Positions 43,501 through 51,906 of a stretch of 51,914 nt of DNA are shown here, piece by piece. The position numbers and the translations under genes were made by a program. Every line of letters starts with the position of its first letter. Positions within the stretch are counted from its first letter, which is position 1. The stretch spans positions 1-51,914 of the forward strand of contig DAOTYI010000043.1 in the NCBI GenBank assembly GCA_034434895.1, read 5' to 3'. The notes under the pieces are model-generated. The model ran no database searches, was not told the origin of the DNA, and worked only from the letters and a program-made list of their open reading frames with translations. The DNA comes from Anaerolineae bacterium (GTDB taxonomy: Bacteria; Chloroflexota; Anaerolineae; JAAYZQ01).

Positions 43501-46500
43501 GGAGCTGAGGGCCTGGGACATCTCGTTCAGGACGGCCAGCTCGTTGATCCGCCGCTCCCGCTCCTGGAAGAGGGAGGCGTTCTGGAAAGCGATGGCCGCC
43601 TGGTTGGCAATCGTGGTCAGCAGGCGCAGATGGCCTTCGTCAAAGGCATCCTCCTGCTCGTAGCTCTGCACGGCCATGGCGCCGATGACCCGGCCCTCGG
43701 CGATCATCGGCACGCCCAGCCATGACCGGGCGGTGGCTCCGGCGCGGGTCAGGCCATGCTCTTCAACAAAGGCCTCGATATTGCGGCGCAGCAGCAACGG
43801 CTGGCCGGTGCGGATCAGGTAGCTGGTGAGGCCCTGGCCCAGCTTGAGGGTCAGGGGGGCTTCCCGCCGGCCGTTCTCCACGACAAAGATAATGTGGATC
43901 AGTTCCCGGTCTGCATCGTACAGGGCGATGAAAAAGCTGCGGTTGTCCAGCAGTTTGCCCACCTGGCTGTGGATCAGGGTGGACAGTTGATCGACATCCA
44001 GAGTGCCGCTGATGGCCCGGCCGATCTCGTTGATGGTCGCCAGTTCGGCCACACGGCGCTGGCTCTCCTGGAAGAGGCGGGAGTTCTGGATGGCGACGGC
44101 CAGTTGATCGGCGGCGATCTCCAGGGCAGCGGCATCCTCTTCGCTGAAGGCGTTGGGCTGATCCGCCTCTGCCTCCAGCACACCCACCACACGGCCGGCG
44201 ATCCGGATCGGCACCGACAGAGTCGCCCGCGAATCCCAGCCGGTGACCGGCAGGTTGCGCTCGTCCGCCAGGGAATCGGGACTGAGGACCGTCTTGCCGC
44301 TGGCCGCTGCCAGGCCGATGAGGCCCGTTCCCACCTTCTGGCGGTAGTTGGGCGGGATGACCGGCCAGAATTCATCGTTGGCAGCAGCCACATACAGCTC
44401 CTGCGCCGCTTCATCCACCAAAAAGACGGCCACCCGGAAATAGCCCAGGATCTGGTGCAGCGCCCTGACCGTGGTGTCCAGCACCTCCTGGAGTTCCAGT
44501 TGGGCAGCGGTGCGGCGGCCGATCTCGTTCAACAGGGAAAGGCGCACGGCTGCCTGCTGCGTGCTGGCAAACAGGCGGGCGCTCTCCAGAGCCACCGCGG
44601 CCTGGTCGGCCAGGGTGGTCAGCAGCATCTGGTCGGCCTCGGTCAGGGCATATTTGGCGGAGCTGTCGGCAGTGAGCACGCCGATCACCTGCGGACCGGC
44701 CAGGATCGGCACCAGCATCATCGAGCCGATCGGCACCGGGCCGGGGACAAAGCGGGGTTCCTGCTCCGTATCGGGGATGAGCAGAGGGGTGCGGGTGGCT
44801 GCCACATGGCCGACCAGGCCCTCACCGGGGGCAAAGCGCAGGTGGCGCATGTCCGCCAGGCTGACGCCATAGCTGGCCGTCCCGACAAATTTGCCGTCTG
44901 TCGGATCGGCCTGGAAGATGGCGCTCGATTCGCAGGGCAGCAGGCTGCACACCGCCCGGACCACGATGTTCTGGACCTGAAGGGGGTCCTGGACCTGGGT
45001 CAGGGTGCGGCCCACCTCGTTGATCAGGGCCAGGCTGTCGCCACGGTGCCGGGCATCGCTATACAGGCGGGCGTTCTCCACGGCGATGGCTGCCTGGTTG
45101 GCAAAGATGGTCAGCGCCTCCAGCGTCTGGCGTCCTGGCCGCCGCCCATCGCGGGGATCGTCCACCGAGATGATGCCCACCAACCGCCCGCCCACACCCC
45201 ACAAGGGAACCAGGAGCATGTCGTGCGGGTGCCATTGCCCCTCGTGCCACTCCTCGATTTCGGGCATCGGGGTCACGGTGTGGACCCCGGCTCCCCACTC
45301 CGCTTCCTTCTGGAAGGGGAAGAAGTAGCAGGCTCCCTGGCGGTACTCCTCCCGCAGAATCTGAAGATACCGCTCCACCGGCTGGCGGATCCGTTTCATT
45401 TCCTCAAAGGTATCCAAGGGCAGCCCGGCGGCCACGGCCCGCCGCAGCAGAGGCGGTGTCCCCTCCACAACACTGATGACGACAAGGTTAAAGCCGACCG
45501 TCTCCTGGATGGCGTAGGCGATCTCCTCCAGCGTCTCTTCCAACGGCACATCGGCGCGGAGTTTTTGCCCCACCCGCAGCAGGCCCTCCATCTGCGCCGT
45601 GCGCTGGCTGAGGGCGGTATTGAGCCGCACCTGTTCCTCAAACCGGATCGAGTTGCCGATGGCAATGGCCGCCTGGTCGGCCAGGGCGCGCACAAACTCC
45701 TGATCGTCGGCGTTAAAGGCCGCGGTCCGGGTGTGATACAGGCTGATCAGGCCCACAACCTCGCCGGCATATTGAACCTGCATGCCCCCGATTTCGGTCA
45801 CCGGCTGGGCGGTAAAGATGGGCACGATCAGCGCCGAGCAGGTGTCAGGCCGGATGCAGGCCAGGCAACCATCGCGAGGGATATTCTCCACAATGCGGGC
45901 CTGGCCGCTGTGGAGCACCTGCAGGATCAGGCTATCCCGGTCGGGGTCCAGCAGTTCCTGTTCGATGAACGCCCGTTCCTCGTCCGAATAGCCCAGGGCA
46001 GCCCGCACAGTCGGCCGCCCGGTGTTGGAGTCCAGGAGCACGACGTTGCCATGGGTGGCCCCGGTGGTGTGCAGGGCCGATTCGAGCACAACCTGGAGGA
46101 TATGATCCGACTCCAGGGTGGCGTTCAGTTCCCTGGTGGTGCGTTGGAGAGCCACCAGCTCATCCACCCGGGCCTGGAGGCGCTCATCGGTCTGCTCATA
46201 CAACCGGGCATTCTCGATCGCCACGGCTGCCTGGTTGGCCAGGGCCTGACACAGGCGCAGGTCGTCGGCCGAGAATTCACGGGCCCGACGACGCTCACAC
46301 AGCTCGGCCAGCCCCACCACCCGGTCACGGGTGACCAGCGGGACCATCAGCAGTGACTTGTGCCCGAACTGCTCCAACAGGGCCCGTTCAGCCGGATCGG
46401 CCTGGGGATCGGCGGCCTGGATCACACGGGGCTGGCGGTCGCGCAGGACCTGGGCGGTGGTCGGATATTCATCCAACGAGTAGGAGACCCCGATGTCACT

Positions 46501-49500
46501 GGTATACGGCAGGTCTGTCCATTCGGGATCGGCTGCCTCGGAGACCAGGGTGCGGACCTGGTTCCCGGTTGGGTCCCAGTCGGAAAGGGTGCAATTGGAC
46601 ACATCCAGGGCGCGGGCCATCTGGCGGGCCACCGCCCGCAGCACCTCGTTCAACTCCAGGCTGGAGGAGATGGCGGCGCTGGTCTCGTACAGGATGGCCT
46701 GCTCCCGGAGCTGGCGTTGCTGGAGTTCAAAAAGCCGGGCGTTCTCGATGGCAATGGCCGCCTGGTCGGCAAAGAGTTGCAGGGCGGCGACATCCTCTTC
46801 GTCGTAGGCCGCCACCCGGTCGCTGGCCAGCTCCAACGTGCCGACAAAGGTCTCGCCGACCTTCAATGGCAATCCGATATAGGACCGGACCGGGGTGTCG
46901 GGTTCGACCACCTTGGGCTGCACATCGGTGCGGGCCGTGGTGTCGGCGATAAGCAGGCTCTGCTGATGGCGGGCGATCCAGCCGGTGAACCCTTCGTTCA
47001 GGCGGTAGATGCCGCCGCTGCGGGCCTTGTAGCGTGGATCGCCGGCGCTGGCCCGGGTCACCAGCGCCTGTTCCCCCTCCTGCCACAGGCAGATTTCGGC
47101 AATGTAATAGTCCATCAGCTCCTTGAGACGGGCCAGGATCAGGTTCAGGGTGCGCTCCAGGTCCAGGCTGGCGCCGATCTCCCGGCTGATCTCGCCGATG
47201 GCCGACAGCATCTGCGTCCGCCGTCGCTCCTGCTGGAACAGGCGGGCGTTCTCCAGGGCGATGGCCGCCTGGTTGGCAAAGGTCTTGAGGGTGTCGAGCT
47301 CTACGGCGGTGAACTGGTGCGGTTGAGCATAATACACGGTAAACTCGCCCAGCGGTGCTTCCCGGCCACGCAGCGGGACGTCGGCCAGGGCGCGGAAGCC
47401 TTCGGCCCGCGCCAGCGGGATAAAGGCGGCCATCCGTGGGTCGGTTTCAATGTCGGTCACCACCAGCGGCTCCTCGCCAAGGAGGACCTGGGCACGGCTG
47501 TCGGGCGTGACCTCAATATTCTGGGCGCCGGCCACATATTCGTCGCTCAGGCCACGGCTCATCCGCAGGCTGACACGGCCACGCTCCAGGACAAAGATCG
47601 CAGCTTTCTGGCAGCCGGTGACCTGGATCACCGAATCTACAATGGTCTTCAACACCTCATCCGGGTCAAGGACCGAGCTGACCACCGCCGACACCTGGTT
47701 AAGGGTGGCCAGGTCGGCGGCCCGCTGCCGCTGTTCCTGGAACAGGCGGGCGTTCTCCAGAGCGATGGCGGCGTGGCTGGCCAGATGCTCCAGGAAATGC
47801 AGGTCATCCTGGTTAAAGGCACCCACCCGATCGCTTTCCAGGTGGAGGACACCGAGGACCCGGTCTTCACACTGAATGGGGACCGCGACGGCGGAGCATG
47901 TCGTCGTCGCCAGGGGGACACACTCAGGGGTGGCACTCACATCCGCCATCAGAAGAGGCTGGCCGCTGTGCGCCACCCGGCCGATCATGCCCTGGTCCGC
48001 AGGCAGGGAAGCCATCTCTGACCATTCAGCCGGCCAGAAACGGATCTCCGGCGGCTGTCCTTCGGCCCGCAGGATGGCGATGGCCCCCAGGGTGGCCTGA
48101 CAGGCCTGGGCAGCCCGCTGCAACACCAGGTTGATGGTCCGGTCATAGTCCAGGCTGGTGCCCAGTTCGTGGTCAATCTCTTCGATGGCAGCCAGCTCTT
48201 GCAGCCGCCTGTGCAACGCCTCGTCGGTCTGCTCGTACAGGCGGGCGTTCTCTACGGCGACGGTCGCCTGGTTGGCCAGCGCCTGGCAGATCTGGATCTC
48301 GTCGGCGGAGAAGGAGCGCTCGCTGCGGCGGTGAGCGGCGACGATAAAGCCGCGCGGCTGCTCCTGGACATACAACCCCACAAACAGACAGGAACGGATG
48401 CCAAGCGCCTGGAGCATGGGACGAAGCCTGGCGTCCAGGCGGGGGTCGGTGTCAACCGATTCGATGGCCACATAGCCGGTCTGACGGATCAGGGCACGCA
48501 GCCAGGGGTGCTCCAGGACGTTATAGCGGGTTCCTTGCAGGTTCGAGAGTGTGCCTTCCGGGTCGTGGAGGGCGCGGAGCACGGTCCAGCCCTGGCCCAG
48601 CCGGTCGGTTTCGTGCAGGAACACGCCGCACACATCCACGCCCAGGGCAGCCACCGTCTGTTCGGCGATGGTGGACAACACCTGCTGAGTATCCAGCGTG
48701 GCCAGGCTGCGGCCCACCTGGTAGAGGGTGTTGATCTGTCGCAGGCGGCGGTGGGTCTCCTCGTACAGATGGGCGTTCTCCAGGGCGATAGCTGCCTGGG
48801 CAGCAAAGGTGGACAGCAGGTTCAGGTCTATCTCATCAAAGGGGGTGCGGTCCTGTTTGTTGATGACTTCGAGAGCGCCGATGACGCAGTCCCGGCTAAT
48901 AAGGGGCACACACAGGATCGAGCGGGTCTCAAAACCGGTCATGGTATCCGGCGCAGCCGACCAGCGCCGGTCGGTATGCACATCGTTGACAAATTGCCCC
49001 TCTCCCGTCCGGATCACGGCCCCGGCAATCCCCTCACCAGGGGCCAGGCGCCGGCCGACCAGCGATTCACCGGCCGGGCCGAGGGCCACGCGGAAGACCA
49101 ATTCACCGGGCTCCTCCCCCAGCCGGCAGGGGCTATCCAGGAGCAGGAGTGAGCTGGCCTCGGCATTGAGGATCTCCATCGCCTTGGCCGTCACCAGATT
49201 GAGCACCGACTCCAGCTCCAGGGTGGAGGTCACGGTGCGGCCCACCTCATAGACGGTGGACAGTTGCTGGAGGCGCTGCGAAGCGTCGCGGCTGATTCTC
49301 AGTTGCCGCGCCTCCATCGAAACGAGATAGTTCACCGCAAAGGTCAGGATCAGATAAATGAGCAGATTCCAGACAGCCTGGAAGGGGAGTGATATACCCA
49401 GGAAAAGCCAGGAATAGATGGACGGCCAGGTGAAGATCAGCCATAGCCCGGCGCTGAGGGCCAGAGCCAGCCATAAGCCGAAGCGCGCCGCGACGATCCC

Positions 49501-49815
49501 GGCCAGGGCAAAGCCCAGGATGCTCCCCCAACCGGACAGATCGCCGCTGAGATAAAAAGCGGTTACACCCAACGCGACATCAAAAAGGCTAAAGGCCACA
49601 TGTTTCCACCTGCCCGGTCCAGGCCACGGCGAGATCAGGTAGGCAACCGCGTGCACCACCAGAATCCCACCCAGGGCGAGCGCCGGGAAGAATTCCTGGC
49701 GGACCAGCGCCGCGATCAGCAGCAACAGCAGGGCTGCTCGCTGGAACCAGAGCAAGGCGCGTTCGATGCGGCTTTCAAGCCAGGCCGGCAGGTTACGACC
49801 GTTCATGCCCCACAC
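40519..49815 (-). CDS. giant (3098-aa) hybrid sensor histidine kinase: N-terminal TM region, 13 tandem GAF domains, PAS, HisKA, HATPase, two receiver domains
   Basis: There are 13 recurrences of the GAF-terminal motif A(A/V)A(L/I)ENARL(Y/F)xx, from AIALENAHLYEE to AIAVNNSDLYAY. PAS is ILESIADGVLVLDHNGRVLLVNPAAEELLG (~aa 2474) and the H-box is FISTVSHELRTPMTSIKGY (~aa 2607). G boxes are DTGIGI and GTGLGLAI. REC1 is KILVVEDDRD...ITLDIMLPDQDG (~aa 2851) and REC2 is RLLVVDDDPD...ILLDIRMPGIDG (~aa 2974). Confidence 0.85.
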   Translation of the reverse strand: MWGMNGRNLPAWLESRIERALLWFQRAALLLLLIAALVRQEFFPALALGGILVVHAVAYLISPWPGPGRWKHVAFSLFDVALGVTAFYLSGDLSGWGSILGFALAGIVAARFGLWLALALSAGLWLIFTWPSIYSWLFLGISLPFQAVWNLLIYLILTFAVNYLVSMEARQLRISRDASQRLQQLSTVYEVGRTVTSTLELESVLNLVTAKAMEILNAEASSLLLLDSPCRLGEEPGELVFRVALGPAGESLVGRRLAPGEGIAGAVIRTGEGQFVNDVHTDRRWSAAPDTMTGFETRSILCVPLISRDCVIGALEVINKQDRTPFDEIDLNLLSTFAAQAAIALENAHLYEETHRRLRQINTLYQVGRSLATLDTQQVLSTIAEQTVAALGVDVCGVFLHETDRLGQGWTVLRALHDPEGTLSNLQGTRYNVLEHPWLRALIRQTGYVAIESVDTDPRLDARLRPMLQALGIRSCLFVGLYVQEQPRGFIVAAHRRSERSFSADEIQICQALANQATVAVENARLYEQTDEALHRRLQELAAIEEIDHELGTSLDYDRTINLVLQRAAQACQATLGAIAILRAEGQPPEIRFWPAEWSEMASLPADQGMIGRVAHSGQPLLMADVSATPECVPLATTTCSAVAVPIQCEDRVLGVLHLESDRVGAFNQDDLHFLEHLASHAAIALENARLFQEQRQRAADLATLNQVSAVVSSVLDPDEVLKTIVDSVIQVTGCQKAAIFVLERGRVSLRMSRGLSDEYVAGAQNIEVTPDSRAQVLLGEEPLVVTDIETDPRMAAFIPLARAEGFRALADVPLRGREAPLGEFTVYYAQPHQFTAVELDTLKTFANQAAIALENARLFQQERRRTQMLSAIGEISREIGASLDLERTLNLILARLKELMDYYIAEICLWQEGEQALVTRASAGDPRYKARSGGIYRLNEGFTGWIARHQQSLLIADTTARTDVQPKVVEPDTPVRSYIGLPLKVGETFVGTLELASDRVAAYDEEDVAALQLFADQAAIAIENARLFELQQRQLREQAILYETSAAISSSLELNEVLRAVARQMARALDVSNCTLSDWDPTGNQVRTLVSEAADPEWTDLPYTSDIGVSYSLDEYPTTAQVLRDRQPRVIQAADPQADPAERALLEQFGHKSLLMVPLVTRDRVVGLAELCERRRAREFSADDLRLCQALANQAAVAIENARLYEQTDERLQARVDELVALQRTTRELNATLESDHILQVVLESALHTTGATHGNVVLLDSNTGRPTVRAALGYSDEERAFIEQELLDPDRDSLILQVLHSGQARIVENIPRDGCLACIRPDTCSALIVPIFTAQPVTEIGGMQVQYAGEVVGLISLYHTRTAAFNADDQEFVRALADQAAIAIGNSIRFEEQVRLNTALSQRTAQMEGLLRVGQKLRADVPLEETLEEIAYAIQETVGFNLVVISVVEGTPPLLRRAVAAGLPLDTFEEMKRIRQPVERYLQILREEYRQGACYFFPFQKEAEWGAGVHTVTPMPEIEEWHEGQWHPHDMLLVPLWGVGGRLVGIISVDDPRDGRRPGRQTLEALTIFANQAAIAVENARLYSDARHRGDSLALINEVGRTLTQVQDPLQVQNIVVRAVCSLLPCESSAIFQADPTDGKFVGTASYGVSLADMRHLRFAPGEGLVGHVAATRTPLLIPDTEQEPRFVPGPVPIGSMMLVPILAGPQVIGVLTADSSAKYALTEADQMLLTTLADQAAVALESARLFASTQQAAVRLSLLNEIGRRTAAQLELQEVLDTTVRALHQILGYFRVAVFLVDEAAQELYVAAANDEFWPVIPPNYRQKVGTGLIGLAAASGKTVLSPDSLADERNLPVTGWDSRATLSVPIRIAGRVVGVLEAEADQPNAFSEEDAAALEIAADQLAVAIQNSRLFQESQRRVAELATINEIGRAISGTLDVDQLSTLIHSQVGKLLDNRSFFIALYDADRELIHIIFVVENGRREAPLTLKLGQGLTSYLIRTGQPLLLRRNIEAFVEEHGLTRAGATARSWLGVPMIAEGRVIGAMAVQSYEQEDAFDEGHLRLLTTIANQAAIAFQNASLFQERERRINELAVLNEMSQALSSTLELDQLLQTVYQQVSRLMDTTNFYIALYDEERDEITFPFVVDPEQREDWRPRKAGEGLTGRIIRTREPLLLPTGVAGIYRERGQEITAGTCRSWLGVPMIAADQVVGVIAVQSYEREYVYSQDHLKLLSTIAAQAAAAVRNAQLYGQIVNFSSELEKRVEARTRDLEQAMQELTLQRDRAEALYRITSELGASLELERVLQRALQLFADVMGVEHGTITLVDQETGHLHLRASLQRKPGLIPLNERTPLRRGFGLAGWVLEHRQPVLISDITTDPRWVTTDGQDPHIRSVVAAPLSVGGGDILGVLTLGHPQVGYFTEEHLQLVTAAGVQVAIAVNNSDLYAYITDQADQLGRMLQAQQAEAAKSRAILESIADGVLVLDHNGRVLLVNPAAEELLGFSAIALQGEHFRHMLGLGETATDRELAQALYSELRQRLETPADDPSRTQVSTVRLTAGKRVLAVTIAPLITELGGAPGLVAALRDISREAEVERLKNEFISTVSHELRTPMTSIKGYTDLLFLGMAGGLSDAQRSFLQIIKSNADRLTALVNDILDISRIETGRIRLTIEPLDLASLITQVVRAFQEQYREKGLKLEWMEVPGLPQVRGDADRVTQVLNNLLANAWQYTPSGGRVTVSLRQRDGFLQVDVADTGIGIGPDDLPRVFDRFYRADHPLVQEAGGTGLGLAIVKMFVEMLGGEIWVESELGVGSVFSFTLPLAGAKLPEAEIVHPDLIAVEPPPAVGRRPKILVVEDDRDLALLLRRHLEGEGYQVLLAGSGEDALWLAKEEQPQLITLDIMLPDQDGFAVLEQLKEHPVTSLIPVIIISVLTEADRGYALGAVDYVVKPFDEEKLLESVRRALAPHEKGEPLRLLVVDDDPDILNFLDQALSFHGYQVWTAASGREALERTPELQPDLILLDIRMPGIDGYEVIRRLKGEESTRSIPIIVITASPVDKERDRVRVLGMGAAQYVTKPLSVDMLVREIKAAIEERQPA

Positions 49816-49830
49816 TCACAGATTGGCCCT

Positions 49831-50727
49831 TTAGACCCCCTGTTGGGCACGGCGCCGGGCTTCGGCGGCTACCTCTGTGATCTCCCGGATGTCGGCAAAG
49901 GGGGCGGTGTCGTGGTGGATCAGGCCGACCGCCAGGGTCATCAGCGGCGCTTTTTGGATATCCCCCCGGCCATTCACCACCTCAATATAGCCCCGCTCCC
50001 GGTCCCGGAAGTTGTAGAAGGTCATGACCTCCTCGTTGAAACGCTGGATCAGGCGGTTTTTGATCGCGGGTGAGACCTCCGGGGAGCTGATGATGATAAA
50101 GTCGTCGCCCCCGATGTGGCCGATAAAGTCGGTGCCGGTGCCCAGTTCATCCACCACTTCGGTCAGCAACATGGCCGTGAAGCGCAGCACATCGTCGCCG
50201 GCCACAAAGCCATAGACATCGTTAAAGTCGTTGATGTGGTTGATGCCGATATAGAGCACCGACCAGCCTTTGCGGCGCATGATCTGGCGCAACTGATCCT
50301 CGATGAGCTTGCTGCTGGGCAGGCCGGTCACCGGGCTGGTCAGGCTCAGCCAGCTAGAGCGGTGCAGGGAGTTCTGCACGCGCAGCAGCAAGAGCTGGAG
50401 GTCGAACGGCTTGGTGATATAGTCGTCGGCACCCAACTCCAGCCCGGCGATCTGATCGCTGCGCTCATCCCGCTGGGTGAGGAAGATAATGGGGATGTGG
50501 CTGGTGCGCAGATTGGCGCGCAACTGACGGCAAACCTCATAGCCGTTGATGTCGGGCAGCATGATGTCCAGGATGATCAGATTGGGCAGTTTGCGGCGGC
50601 AAATCTCCAGCGCCTCCTCTCCCCGGGTGGCGACGTTGCTCTCGTAGCCCTGAGAATCAAAATAGATGCGCAGCATGTTAGAGATGTCAAAATCGTCTTC
50701 GACAATCAGCAGGCGTCCTTTGCTCAT
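49831..50727 (-). CDS. response regulator with GGDEF-family output domain carrying a non-canonical GGDDF motif
   Basis: Receiver LLIVEDDFDI...LIILDIMLPDINGYE...IIFLTQR...YITKPF. The output domain has PVTGLPS..., INHINDFNDVYGFVAGDDVL and GHIGGDDFIII. There is no RxxD I-site 5 residues upstream. Confidence 0.8.
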   Translation of the reverse strand: MSKGRLLIVEDDFDISNMLRIYFDSQGYESNVATRGEEALEICRRKLPNLIILDIMLPDINGYEVCRQLRANLRTSHIPIIFLTQRDERSDQIAGLELGADDYITKPFDLQLLLLRVQNSLHRSSWLSLTSPVTGLPSSKLIEDQLRQIMRRKGWSVLYIGINHINDFNDVYGFVAGDDVLRFTAMLLTEVVDELGTGTDFIGHIGGDDFIIISSPEVSPAIKNRLIQRFNEEVMTFYNFRDRERGYIEVVNGRGDIQKAPLMTLAVGLIHHDTAPFADIREITEVAAEARRRAQQGV

Positions 50728-50814
50728 CCTGTGTATCCTCCCCCTCTGTCATGTGTCCTGTTTTCGTGTGGCTGCCTGCCCCCATTGCGCGGGTCACAGG
50801 CCCGCCGAGAGCCT

Positions 50815-51906
50815 TCAGGGCAGGGAATCATGCTTTCGTGCTGCATGGGCCTTCTTTCTGGTTTCTTCGATCTGTTCATCGCTCAAGGGCTGTCCGAAAC
50901 TGCGAAACCCGGCCAGCCGAATTCCATGCCTGGCGGCCATACGGGCCATCTCCTCGACCCGTTCCAGGGAGATCTCCCGGCCCAGGCTATAGCTTTCAAA
51001 GCGGCCTTCCAGGACCAGGGCGGCAGTTTCGGCCATGCAGCCATAGGCCTGACCCGGCGGCAAGCCGAAATCAAAGCCGAAATCTACCGCACCGGGTAGC
51101 TCTACCACCCCCCCCTCGATCACCAGCAGATCGTCCCGCAGCGCAGCGACACGGCGGGAGACATTGCGCGGTCGGGCCACATCGCACACGACGGCTCCCG
51201 GCTTCAGATGTTCCGGCTCGATGATCGGTTGCAGGGAAGTCGTCACGGCCAGTACGATGTCGGCCTGGCGGATCGCGGCCAGATCGGTGGTCGCCACGGC
51301 CCGGCCACCGGCCGCTTCAATCTGGGCCTGCACCTCCTGCAAACGGTCCGGCTTGCGGCCCACCAGCAGCAGTTGGGAGACGGAACGGGCCAGGAGTCGG
51401 GAACAGGCCCGCCCGATGGAACCGTACGCGCCGACGACGGCTGCCACACACCCCGCCGGCTCAAGGTCCATCCGCCGGGCCGCTTCCAACGCAGCCTCGA
51501 TCGTCACGCTGATCGTAAAACTGTTGCCGGTCGTCACCGGGATCCTCAGGCTCCGGGCGATGGTGATCCCGCCGTCGCCGACCACGGAGGTATAAGCCCC
51601 CAACCCCAGAAGTTGAGCACCCAGCCGCTCGGCCAGCCGTCCGGTCTGGATGATCTTGTGGTATGCCACCCGCACCGGCACAGTCAGCATCCGCCTGGGG
51701 GTCAAGGGGCAGGCGATCAGCCAGCCCTCAATCTCTTTGCCGGTGGCCAGCGAGCGGATGCCGGTGATGTGAGACAGCCGGACGGGGGGGAAGAAACGGC
51801 AGAAGTAGTCAATGACGGCCGGTGGCAGCCTGCCCAATAAGGGGAACTTGCGGGCCACATCCTTTTGGGGTTCGACAGGGTGAATGATGAACGCAAAATT
51901 ATCCAT
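50815..51906 (-). CDS. acyl-ACP-reductase-like NAD(P)-dependent oxidoreductase (COG5322 / AAR family, shikimate-DH-like Rossmann domain)
   Basis: It is colinear with cyanobacterial AAR as I remember it. Paired motifs (this ORF / AAR) are FAFIIHPVE / FGLIGHLTS, LGAYTSVV / LGGFTSII, TTGNSFT / TTGNTHT and VVGAYGSIGRACSRLL / VVGATGDIGSAVCRWL. The catalytic-Cys context is AYGCMAETAALVLEG / MFACFAEAMLLEFEG. ISLERVEEMARMAARHG matches ITIEKMEAIGEASVRHG. Confidence 0.65.
   Translation of the reverse strand: MDNFAFIIHPVEPQKDVARKFPLLGRLPPAVIDYFCRFFPPVRLSHITGIRSLATGKEIEGWLIACPLTPRRMLTVPVRVAYHKIIQTGRLAERLGAQLLGLGAYTSVVGDGGITIARSLRIPVTTGNSFTISVTIEAALEAARRMDLEPAGCVAAVVGAYGSIGRACSRLLARSVSQLLLVGRKPDRLQEVQAQIEAAGGRAVATTDLAAIRQADIVLAVTTSLQPIIEPEHLKPGAVVCDVARPRNVSRRVAALRDDLLVIEGGVVELPGAVDFGFDFGLPPGQAYGCMAETAALVLEGRFESYSLGREISLERVEEMARMAARHGIRLAGFRSFGQPLSDEQIEETRKKAHAARKHDSLP

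Noticed and set aside
43756-48021. 866-aa and 553-aa plus-strand ORFs inside the giant kinase locus
   Set aside because: They are antisense shadows of the 13-GAF kinase. They are dominated by G/Q/L/A/D repeats that simply mirror the conserved GAF codons, and no independent motifs are present.
40519-49815. GAF array as recent DNA-level tandem duplication or an assembly artefact
   Set aside because: The recurrence is at the protein-motif level. Reading the nucleotide sequence I see no long identical DNA repeats between units, and the motifs diverge progressively. Only long-read data could fully exclude misassembly.
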